Below are positions 1 to 10,300 of a DNA stretch of 64,000 bases, piece after piece. The position numbers were made by a program, and so were the translations under genes. Each line of letters begins with the position of its first letter. Positions within the stretch are counted from its first letter, which is position 1. Source of the DNA: Azolla caroliniana (lineage: Eukaryota; Plantae; Polypodiophyta). Under the pieces are notes generated by a model. That model was not told the origin of the DNA and ran no database searches. It saw nothing but the letters and a program-made list of their open reading frames with translations. Location: positions 10,106,001-10,170,000 of the forward strand of contig JBHGNT010000018.1 of the NCBI GenBank assembly GCA_043228905.1, read 5' to 3'.

Positions 1-2609
1 TATTACATCATAATAACCCACACTAAGATGCTCAACTGCACTAACCATACGATCGCCCGGGCTACGTGTAATATTTGTTTTAATCCTATTGAACCCAAAA
101 CAAATGAGTTAAAATTTGAATGGAACATATATAAACCACATATCTAAGAGAATATTATCAAAAAACAACGTATAACTCACCAATGCATATGCTATGTTGC
201 ATGACATCGTGACTTTAAAGCAGTTGTGACTGACAATGATTGACCCATGCTATGAAATATGACTATCCTCCACAATGGTGCTAAGGTCAACTCTGCGAAG
301 TCCTTTACCATCTTCTCAATCTGGGGGTACTTGAAAGGCACATCATCGAACATGGAACCCGTGATCCGGAATCCGTACGGTATATCAGCAATAAGTAATG
401 TATAGTGCCTTTTTGGTAATATGTCGAGCATATTCACCACATCCCCCTGGAATACACTATAATGTAATTGTTTGAAAGGGTCAGCTCTATGCAAAAAACT
501 TTTTACTGTTGCGAAGTCCTCCGGCACTTCCAACTCCTTTCCCTTTGTCATTATTTTTTCGTATTTAGCACGTTCCAAGTGCGTAATGAACGAACCTGGA
601 ATACCGTCATTACTATCACCAACTTTCTTTGATCGAGGTGGTTTCTGCAAAATTCATTTCCTGTAAGGAATATATCTGATAAATGATAATTGAATCTTTT
701 CAAATTGAAAATACACATACCCATTCTCTAAATACAATGAAGAACTCTTCTAATGCCTTATATGATGATGTTATTGGGCAAGCTTGTTCGACTTCTTCCC
801 AGGTTGGTAGGCACAATTTTTTCATCATCAATTCTTGTATCTTCATGTATACTTTATGACTAAAAATAAAATATTAAATGTGAAATCAGTTATCAAAGGA
901 AATGCACAAGAATAAAGAAAAACATTTCAATTTTACATACTTTTGTAACTTAGTCACCATCTCGTCCAAGCTAAACTCCTTGGCTGCAACTCGAGACAAC
1001 ACAGATATTAACAATCTATCGTCTTTAATTCCTTGTAGTGACCTCCAAGGTAGCAACTTCATATCTTCGGCCAACTCCTCAATAAATAAGTCACTTTTAC
1101 GTGACTTTGTCTTCATCTCCACTTGTGGATCTACCTTGGCCTTCTTTGCCCGTTGACCTTTGACCTCCTTGCGCTCCCACATGCCAAATATTCTATCCTG
1201 GAGATCCCATACCTCACCTGTTCTAAAGGCAAGCTGAAACCATGAGTCATATTTCCGTAGCCCTTAAGATTTCGTACTCTCATCAACTGCAATACCCACT
1301 TCTAGTAAACATTGACGTCGTAAGCCAGGGTTCAACTTGGGTCCAAATCTTTGCAACGCATCCAAATACTCATGGTGAAAGAATCTGATGCGTTCGATAC
1401 AAGACATCTTTTGTCTATAATCATTATCATTGTTGTGGTCCCATGCTAACAACTTGGCCTCTTCATGAGTAAGACCTGCATATACTTTACATTCTGCGTA
1501 CTTAAAAAACGGAGTGAGCGGATATTCCTTGACGAGTTGACGTCGGGCTTCAGCTGAATGAGATCCTCCGATAACATAATAAGTATAATCATCTGAAGAG
1601 CTATATTTAAAATCAGCAACTGTCGGACATTGTTCAGGGTCTACCATAACCAAAAAAGGTATGACGGTTGCATGTGGATTTATCTTCATTTTGCTTTTCA
1701 AATTTTGTACATGCACTGCATGTGGCTCTCTAATCTCGAGCGTGCGTCTTCTAGTTTCAGGGTCGATGGGCGGCCTTTGAATTGAAGAAATTGGTAGATG
1801 GAAGAGTTGACCTTTTCGCACTAGTTTGGTCCTAGCTATATTTTCTCTAATCCGGTTTTGCTTAGAAGTCAATACACCGGAAGATATTTGCCCTCCTGGA
1901 GGGACAATTTCAAGTTGTTGTTCATCGTCTTCTTCTTCCTCGAACTCCAAGACGTCGAGGTCCTCGTCATTAGATATTTGTCGTTTTTGATATTTTTTAT
2001 GTTCCGGTTTTGTTTTCCGAGACTTTTTAGGCGGAGTCTCTGCTTCTGTGCTCATCATCTCTCCAGTAACATAAGGCCGAAGAGCTACAATAAGATTATT
2101 CTTTGTTTGCATATCTTTTCGCAAAGATTTTGGGTGGCATACGTCAGGTACTAGGTTTCCTTCATCAACTTGCACTCGCCTTATACCACCTGAGCTCTCA
2201 ACTTCGAGGAATATAATGGACGAATCACTGTCTTCATATTCTAAATTACGAACTTTACCATAGGGGAAGGTCTTCCCTAATTCAAGCTTTCCTTTTCCTT
2301 CCGACGTGGCAAATATGAGGAGCAATACCCCATCTTCTTCAATGTAAGTGAGACTCCATTCTACATGTGAATAATTTTTTAGCTTATGCTCCGTGGACTT
2401 ATCTTCCACGAGCATAATTTGTTTATTTTTCGTATTCCCTACGGATGATTTCGAGGTCCCATCACCTCCGGACTCGAATAATGATCGTCGAGACTTTTCT
2501 TTTAAAAAACTCTTCGAGTCATGTTTTGTCGGAGACCGGAACTTCAACTTGAAAGAGGGCACCTTCGAATGGGGCTCACTGGGGAAGAAAACAAAATATT
2601 TTCGTGAAA

Positions 2610-2978
2610 TAAATGTAAAATATACGTGAATACACCAAAACACAACTAAATTCTCTTTAATACACCGTAGTACACGTAAAATACACATAAAACGCACCTA
2701 AATACACGTAAGTGCACCTAAATACCCTTAACTACATGTAAAACACACCTAAATACACTAAACCCTAAACAGAATACTCTCCAATACACCTAAGTACACG
2801 TAAAATAAACATAAAACACACCTAAATACACGTAAGTAGACCTAAACACACCTAAACACTACTAAATACATATAAATACACCTAAGTACATGTAACAGAC
2901 ACGTAAATACGACGAAATACACCTAAATATACATAAAATACATCTAAATATACCTAAAATAAAGCTAAAATAAAGCTA
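2610..2978. repeat. Degenerate ~10-12 bp tandem repeat (AAATACACSTAA-like) in intron 1 of the cargo gene
   Basis: Repeated aaatacacgtaa / aaatacacctaa / aaacacacctaa units; strongly G-poor on the + strand. Confidence 0.85.
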
Positions 2979-2984
2979 GCACGT

Positions 2985-3775
2985 CCTCTGAAATCCGATG
3001 CACTGCATCGGATTTCAGAAGATTTCCTATCCTCTCCTCCCTAATCCGATGCACTGCATCGGATTTGGGAGGTTTTCTGATCATCTCCTCCCTAATCCGA
3101 TGCACTGCATCGGATTAGAGAGGACATCCTCTGAAATCCGATGCATTGCATCGGATTTGGGAGGTTTTCTGATCATCTCCTCCCTAATCCGATGCACTGC
3201 ATCGGATTTCAGAGGTTTTCTGATCATCTCCTCCCTAATCCCCTCTGAAATCCATTGCACTGCGTCGGATTTCAGAGGTTTTCTGATCATCTCCTCCCTA
3301 ATCCGATGCACTGCATCGGATTAGGGAGGAAATCCTCTAAAACGAGAGGTTTTCTCTTCATCTCCTCCCTACTCCGATGCATTACATTGGATTTGGGAGG
3401 ATATGATACGACATCCTCTGAAATCCGATGCATTGCATCAGATTTCAGAGGATATAATACGACATCCTTTGAAATCTGATGCATTTCATCGGATTAGGGA
3501 GGATTTTCTCCCTAATCCGATGCAGTGCATCGGATTTCAGAGGTTTCCTGATCATCTTCTCCCTAATCCGATGCACTACATTGGATTAGGGAGGATAGGA
3601 TTTCAGACGATGTCGTATCATATCCTCCCTAATCCAATGTAGTGCATCGGATTAGGGACGATAACCTCTTATTCTTATGTATGTGTTGTCTTAATTTCCT
3701 ATCTACCCCCATGCAGTTCATCAAGTTAGCGAGGAAGTACTTTCTAATCCGATGCACTGCATCGAATTAGAGAGG
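2985..3775. repeat. Array of ~14-15 palindromes AATCCGATGCA(n)TGCATCGGATT, spacing mostly ~41-51 bp
   Basis: Copies start near 2992, 3044, 3094, 3135, 3186, 3249, 3300, 3371, 3422, 3473, 3514, 3564, 3631, (3710), 3746. The linkers are themselves re-used repeats. Confidence 0.95.
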
Positions 3776-3938
3776 ACATTCTCTCAAGAAACCGAAGAAA
3801 TTATACATACACCAAACTAATTATAATTAAAGTCACTCAATTTTATAGATAATAAAAAAGAATCTTTATGGTATCTTTAGGAATCTTTAAATTTGGGTAA
3901 TAGAAGACTTACTTGCCAACTGTCTTGCTCGATTTCAT

Positions 3939-4305
3939 GTTAGACTAGTTGTTGACAATGTGTTGATGAACACAGAAAACGATGACTTTTTCTAAAGAGT
4001 GCTCTGAGCTCTTGAAACGTGTAAGAGATAATGAGTGGTAGATCTCTATTTATATAGTTAACTTAAATTTTTTTTTGGGAAAATAAAATAATTATTTAAA
4101 AAAAAAGATTTTCTCTTAAAAAAATACAATATTACACAATAAATTATTATAAAAAATTTACAAAATTAAATAATAATATGATGTCAATATACCTTATCTT
4201 TTATCCCAAGATGTCTTCATATGGTTTATGTTCATAGACTAGATCTTCAATTCCTAAACTTCTACTTAAACAAGAGAAAGGTGTTAATTTAAGTTAGGCT
4301 TCAAG
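3939..4305. promoter_or_regulatory. Probable bidirectional promoter between cargo gene and transposase
   Basis: AT-rich 367-bp spacer between divergent ATGs. CTATATAAATAG (TATA-like) on the minus strand at ~4046-4057, about 110 bp upstream of the cargo ATG. Confidence 0.5.
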
Positions 4306-7059
4306 ATGTGTTGTGCTTCGAGTAGATCATCCTTGTTTTCAGTGGACCCTTATGTTTTATCGAGTAACTCATATTTCTCAGTCGATGAGTACAAGGTCCC
4401 AAGTGTTTCAAAGGGTCCAGGTGAAAATGTTAGTTGTGATGTTGGTAATAACTCAAACTCACTTTTCTCAATTGACCCTTTCAAGAGGCCAGGACAAAGT
4501 GGTATACAAGATAGCAAAAGTTGTGCAAGCATTGACAAGGATGAAACCACATCTGGCGAAGCTTGCGTAACAAAGCCTCTCACATTCAAAAGAGTTCCTC
4601 GACAAGTTAGTGTAAAGAGATATAACTTTTTATGTTCTGATCGTCAAATTGTTTGTGATTCGAGCAAGACATGTTGTGGGAATCTATGTCTTAATAAATT
4701 TGGAAAGTCAAACTTACGAATAATGCGGGAGAAGTATCTATCACTTAATGGTGAGGAACAAGATACTTTTCTTATTTCACATATGCAGCTTGTAAGAGAT
4801 CACGCCACTGGGGCTAGTTCAACGCACGTTGAATATTACCTTGCATTGAGGACTAAGTGTTGTAGAGTTGCTTTCAAAATTGCTCATAGCATTCGGAACA
4901 TGAGGCTTCAGAGAATACAACTAAGATTGGTGAAGGGATCGTTTATACCTTTTGATATGAATTCCTCTGGTAGTAAGGGTCTTATAGGGCGTCATTCTAT
5001 TAATTGGATGGAGATATATTTCTCAAAGCAATGTGATATTATGCCCACTACTGGGAGATTGCACTTGTCTGATAATTTCACTCGTCGTGAGGTGTATCAA
5101 GAATATAAAGACGACATGTTGTCACAAGGTGTACCTTACATACAGTATCGACATTTCAATCGATTATGGAGGTTACAATTTAACAATGTGGTTATACCGC
5201 GTAAAGTTCGAATGGGTGTTTGTTCAATATGTGCAAGTTTAAAGAGTATGGCAAAGGGTGGGAAATCAGATGATGAAATAAAGAATTACAAGAATCTATT
5301 GAAAGAACACCGTGAGAGTCAAGCATTGGAACGTTCTAAAGCTATGCACCACCGACGAAAAGCTCTCCAATCACCTGAAAGGTATATGTGTATGATTATT
5401 GATGGCATGGATCAGAAGAAGACTTGTTTGCCACACTTTCAAAGGTTGCCAAAGGATATTGGAGATGAATGCCTTGTACAAATGCATTTAGTAGGTTGCT
5501 TGTCATATTGTCAGACAATAAGGCCTCAAGTATTCTTAACTTATCCTAATATCCACAACAACCCTAATCTTACAGTTACAGTCATGCAAAGAGTGTTGCA
5601 GTCTTGGCCAGGTATACTCTCGCCTGTTCTATACGTGCAACTTGACAATACAGCTAGAGAAAACAAAAACTCGACTGTTTTCGGTTACTTAAGCATGCTA
5701 GTAGAGAAGGGTTTATTTAAGAAGATTAAGGTTAACTTCTTACTAGTTGGTCATCCCCATGATCATATAGATCAAATGTTTAGTAGGTTCTCAAAGAAAT
5801 TAGCACGATGTGATGCTTTCACGCTTCCTACGCTAACAATGTTGATCAGTGAAGCTTATACCCCGAAGCCCGAAGTACATCAGTTGAATGAAGTGTATGA
5901 TTTTAAACGCTTCTGCATGGATGGTGATGGGGCTCAAGGTAGGGTTCTTGCACCTCTGAATAATATAAGTTTTAACCATGTCTTCCTCATAAAACGAAGT
6001 GATATGAACCACAACACGACGATGTTGTATGCAAAACAATACTCATCTAGTTCACAATGGGAGCCACAAGAGGGTTGTAGGTTCTTACTTTATTTTCCAA
6101 ATACAGAAATCCATGGTGCAGAACAAATGCCGTATGATGACCATAAAAAAATGGTTCATAGCAACTCAATTGATGAGAAAAAGATATATTGGATGCGATG
6201 CCTTGAAGAGAAACAAAGAAATATTGAGCGCACCAAGAAGTATGCTGGTGATCAAGATGTTCAATGGTGGGATACCTTCTTTAACCATCAACATACAATT
6301 TTAAACAACTACATTGCCGGAGTATGGCCAATCCAAAATGCTTTCACACGGAACATTGGTATGCCGTCAATAGTTTCACCTGCTAACCATCAATTAATTG
6401 GTAATGTTGAACTCAATAATCTAGTTCGCCCACGACAGAGAGATATTTATGTGGGACCAAGAATATCGCGTACTGCAGAGGCAAGATGGCAAGGCAATTT
6501 GCATGAACTACAAGTTGGGATGTTAGTTGCAACATTAGCTGGGGATGATGAGTTGGGCCATCCATTTTGGATTGCTAAAATTTTGGATATAATGAAGGAT
6601 GAATCAGGCAATCAAGTTAAGTCCATTGTGGTTCATTGGTATCACACCTCTTCACCAAATCCATTCTCTGGAAAGTACTCTTTAGAGATGGTTAAGGATG
6701 TTGAAGGCACAAGTAGAAAGCGAAGAAGAAAGAATCTACCAAGCACGTCTGTTCTTACATTGGATAATGTTGACATACTAGTGTATGACTTCTCCTTGAC
6801 CAAAACAGGCCATCTAAGACAAACCACAATCAAGATATTAAAAGAGAAGATCCCAAATGCGGCTCCAACCACTACACAAAGACAAACAAGAAGCATGTCT
6901 CATAACCATGGTGATGTTGGATTGCAATTGGATGAAGACAATGCATTGGTTGCCAGTGATGATGAGGATGATACCTCACAAAGCTCTTCTAGTTCATCGG
7001 ATGGGTCTAAAAATGATGGCATAGACTTGGAAAGCGATAGTTTGACACCTAATCTGTAG
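4306..7059 (+). CDS. DDE/D transposase of Chapaev/Mirage-like CMC type (DUF7869-like core) with N-terminal Cys-rich region and C-terminal BAH-like domain
   Basis: Uninterrupted 917-aa ORF. Motifs CC-x3-C..CCRVAF, PRKVRMGVCSIC..H, IIDGMDQ, YVQLDNTARENKN, FLLVGHPHDHIDQMF. C-terminal VGMLV..FWIAKILDI..IVVHWY. Confidence 0.8.
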   Translation: MCCASSRSSLFSVDPYVLSSNSYFSVDEYKVPSVSKGPGENVSCDVGNNSNSLFSIDPFKRPGQSGIQDSKSCASIDKDETTSGEACVTKPLTFKRVPRQVSVKRYNFLCSDRQIVCDSSKTCCGNLCLNKFGKSNLRIMREKYLSLNGEEQDTFLISHMQLVRDHATGASSTHVEYYLALRTKCCRVAFKIAHSIRNMRLQRIQLRLVKGSFIPFDMNSSGSKGLIGRHSINWMEIYFSKQCDIMPTTGRLHLSDNFTRREVYQEYKDDMLSQGVPYIQYRHFNRLWRLQFNNVVIPRKVRMGVCSICASLKSMAKGGKSDDEIKNYKNLLKEHRESQALERSKAMHHRRKALQSPERYMCMIIDGMDQKKTCLPHFQRLPKDIGDECLVQMHLVGCLSYCQTIRPQVFLTYPNIHNNPNLTVTVMQRVLQSWPGILSPVLYVQLDNTARENKNSTVFGYLSMLVEKGLFKKIKVNFLLVGHPHDHIDQMFSRFSKKLARCDAFTLPTLTMLISEAYTPKPEVHQLNEVYDFKRFCMDGDGAQGRVLAPLNNISFNHVFLIKRSDMNHNTTMLYAKQYSSSSQWEPQEGCRFLLYFPNTEIHGAEQMPYDDHKKMVHSNSIDEKKIYWMRCLEEKQRNIERTKKYAGDQDVQWWDTFFNHQHTILNNYIAGVWPIQNAFTRNIGMPSIVSPANHQLIGNVELNNLVRPRQRDIYVGPRISRTAEARWQGNLHELQVGMLVATLAGDDELGHPFWIAKILDIMKDESGNQVKSIVVHWYHTSSPNPFSGKYSLEMVKDVEGTSRKRRRKNLPSTSVLTLDNVDILVYDFSLTKTGHLRQTTIKILKEKIPNAAPTTTQRQTRSMSHNHGDVGLQLDEDNALVASDDEDDTSQSSSSSSDGSKNDGIDLESDSLTPNL

Positions 7060-7337
7060 ATATTGAATTGTACATCAAAATGTCAGTTAACGAATATGTA
7101 TAAATATAGGTGGTAGTCATTTTGTACATTCTTTTGTAAGTTTGGCATGTCTATTATTTAAGCATTTTTTGAAAGACCTACAATTTTGGACATGCTTAAA
7201 ATCAATATATTTTTGGGTCATTTTTTAAAATCCTTTACGCATGCGGCACCCCTTTTTGTCAATCGACCTATTTTGTGTCTTTTTTTGACGGATAGTTCTT
7301 AAAATGCGACATATTACCTGTTTCAAATGTCCCGGTG

Positions 7338-10300
7338 TTCTTTGCTTCTTCGAAGCTTTCCGGCTCTCCCTCATCGGTCAGCAGAACATGCTCTGCATCC
7401 GGAAATCTCCGGGGCGCCCTTCTCTCTCTGAGAGGATATCTCTGTCTTCGGGCTTCGGTAACCGGCTCCTCCATATGTTCTTCATCCGAATCCGATTCGG
7501 GGTCTTGGCCGGTTCCGGTCTCAGCTTCCTCTACTTCTTCTTCAGCCTGTTCGGTATCCTCACCGTAACCGGCTGGTCCCTCGAGTGCTAACCGGTCTCT
7601 TGCCGGTTGGGTCTGCTCATCGTAGAGTCGAACCTTACCGGTCGACTCGGAGTTCATTATCTTCTTCTCCGACTCCCAGTCAGCGAGCGTCTTGTCCTCC
7701 ATGAAGATAATATCTCGACTCTAGAATACCTTCTTGTCGATCGGATCCCACACTCGGTAGCCGGACTCATCGTCGCCATAACCAAGGAATATGCATGGCC
7801 GGGTCTTTGGATCTAACTTTCCTCTCCGGTCCTTAGCTACATGCACGTACGCGAGACACCCAAACACCTTCAGATGCCGGTAGGATACTTCCTTACCGGT
7901 CCACACTCTCTGTGGTGTGTCTCCGTCCAAGGGTACTGAGGGTGATCTATTTATCACATATGTCGCCGTCGACAGTGCCTCAGCCCAAAACTTCTTGGGT
8001 AGTTTTGCATGCGCTAGCATACTCCGGACCCTCTCCATTATGGTCCGGTTCATCCTCTTGGCCAGTCCGTTTAGTTCCGGCGTCTTCGGCACGGTAAATT
8101 CGAGCCGGATTCCCTTCGAGCGGCAGTACTCCTCGAACTGCCCTGGTATTCTCCTCCGTTATCTGCTCGAACCGCCTTCAACTTCCGGCCGGTTTCTCTT
8201 TCCACTCTCACGTGGAGCTCTTTCAAGACGGATAGCACCTGATCCTTCGTCTTCAACGGTGTGGCCCACAGCTTCCGGATGTGGTCATCTATGAACATCA
8301 CGAAGTACTGCGCTCCGGCATGTGACTTCGTGTCTACTTGACACACATCCGTATGCACCAACTCTAGTGGTGCATTACGTCTCATCGGTGGCCTTGGTCG
8401 GAAGGAGTTCTGGTTTTGCTTACCGGCCAAACAATCAGTGCACTTCTCCAAGTGCACGTTCTTCACTGGAATGAGGTTTTCGTCTGCAAGCCTCTTCATC
8501 CCCTTCTCGCTCATATGACACGGTCTCTTGTGCCACAGCTCACCGGCAGTGTCGGATGCCAGGTTCACTTCTTCCGGACATAACCGGGCATTCATCAGGT
8601 ACAGTGTGTTGACCTTCCGGGCCCGAGCCACAATTAGGCTCCCTTTGCTGAACTTCATGACACTGTTCCAGATGCTACCCGTGTAGCCTTCATCATCTAG
8701 CCAACCGGCTGATATCAGGTTCAGACGAACCTCTGGAACGTGTCGGACATCCTTCAGCAGCAACTTGCATCCGGTTGGTGTTGTCGGCCACACGTCTCCT
8801 ATGCTGACAATTTGGCATGTACCTTCATTCCCCATCCGGACACAGCCGTGATCACCGGCTGAGTAGGATAAGAAGCATTTCCGGTCCGGGGTAAGGTGGA
8901 ACGACGCTCCGGAGTCAACCACCCAAGTCATCTCGTCGCCGGCAAGGTTTATCTCACTCTCCTCGGTGATGAGCATCAACTCTTCTTCACTTGCCGCAAT
9001 TGTCGTCGTCCCCTTCCGGTCCGGCCCCCTCCAGTCTTTACCGTTCCAGTCCGGTATCTGCTTCGAATTGGTACCGTCGGTTTCCTTGTCCTTTCGGAAA
9101 TGCCGACAATTCTTCTAGAAGTGTCCCGGCTTGCCGCAATAGAAGCAAGTAGGTCTCCCCCTTGACTTTGACCGTGTCCCCGACTTTTCCCAGTTCTGGG
9201 GACTACGGTTTCTTTGTCTTCCGCGTTCCGATTCGGTAAGTAGCGCTTTGGAGTCGGAGCTCGTATCTTTATCTTTCCGACGCGCCTCCTCATCTAGCAA
9301 GCTCGACTTTACTCTTGCTAGGGATAACCGTTTCCCTTCCGGCCTGGCGTTGCCCAAGGTGACAACCAACGTCTCCCAGCTATCTGGGAGGGAACCGAGC
9401 AGGAGTAGTGCTAGTACCTCATCGGCGAGAGGTACCTCCAATGATGTTTCCTGGTGTATCAGCCCCTGGAAGGCATTCATGTGCTCCGCCATGTTGGAGC
9501 CATCTTGGTACCAGAGTCTTACTAGCTTCCGGAATACCGAAACCTGATTAACAGCATTTTTGTTTTGAAACATTATGCCGATCTTCTCCCAGAGCTCATG
9601 AGCCTTGCTCTCTTCATTGAAGTTGTTGTACATGCTCATGTCGATGAAGCACCGTATGTACGCCGTTGTCTTCATGTGCATCACCTCCCATATCGCGGCG
9701 TCGATTTTGTCTGGTCTCTTGTCCCCGAACTGAACCGGTAGCCAAAGGTCTTTAACCACGAGCATGTCCCTCATCTTCGACTTCCACACCAAATAGTTAG
9801 AGTCGGTGAGCTTGAACATGCCGCCAAACGATTCGTCCATTTTCTGTGTCGTTTCGCTCTGATACCACTTGACGGGAACTAAACGCTCCCTATACGCAAT
9901 GCTCAGCCACAACCGAGCTTAGAATCATACACAAAAAACGGGAAATAAAGCACGACACAAAGAGGAGAAATAGTATGCAGGATGTTTACGTGGAAAACCC
10001 AACAGTGAGTTCACAGAGGCAACGACCTCGTGCTCACGATCTTCGCCATAGGCGGCGGTTACAACAGAGGCAACGACCTCTTTCTCTCTCTCTCTCTCTC
10101 TCTCTCTTTGTACACAGTTACGCGCTCACTCTATCCTTGCACAAACAAGAATGACAACAACAGTCATCTAATAGTTTGCCCTAAGTCATATTTATACTAA
10201 TATGACTTTTCGGCTATTTACAAATGTAGCCATGATGGACTCTCAGAAACATATTTACGAATATGTCTCTTCATCCTGTCTTCACCGGGTCTGCACCATC

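Larger units (their letters stand above)
1..3938 (-). pseudogene. Spliced transposon cargo gene: ParB/Srx-like domain fused to beta-class N4C/N6A DNA methyltransferase domain; two in-frame stops; 3' end runs off the window
   Basis: Phase-consistent GT-AG exons: 3938-3913 (MKSSKTVG), 2578-941, 859-721, 644-181, 85-<1. ParB/Srx-like segment LPISSI..IREPHAVHVQNLKSKM..YYVIGGSHSAEARRQL..VYAGLTHEEAKLLAWDHN. MTase-like YSVFQGDVVNMLDIL..YTLLIADIPYG, and after splicing HW-IKTN..RMVSAVEHLSVGYY. Premature TAA at 1264-1266 and TAG at 192-194, with the frame continuing past both. Confidence 0.75.
1..7337 (+). mobile_element. CMC-superfamily (Chapaev/Mirage/EnSpm-like) DNA transposon, right part; left end lies outside the window
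   Basis: Contains the transposase ORF 4306-7059. Sequence switches abruptly to copia coding sequence after ...aaatgtcccGGTG (7337). The reverse complement of this end starts CACCGGGACATTTG, a CAC-type terminus. The copia frame (EPESFEEAK) is broken exactly here. Confidence 0.75.

Noticed and set aside
2579-2697. N-terminus of ORF 1264-2697 as given by the ORF track
   Set aside because: Lies in the repeat upstream of a good acceptor (2579-2580). A phase-matching ATG exon exists at 3938-3913.
2998-3642. Short ORFs with repeated PNPMHCIG / SDAMHRI peptides
   Set aside because: Translation artefacts of the palindrome array
2985-3775. CRISPR array
   Set aside because: Spacers are not unique (the same linkers recur, in both orientations), there are no cas genes, and the context is a eukaryotic intron
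7268-7337. C-terminal tail of ORF 7268-7702
   Set aside because: Read-through from the copia frame into the DNA transposon end
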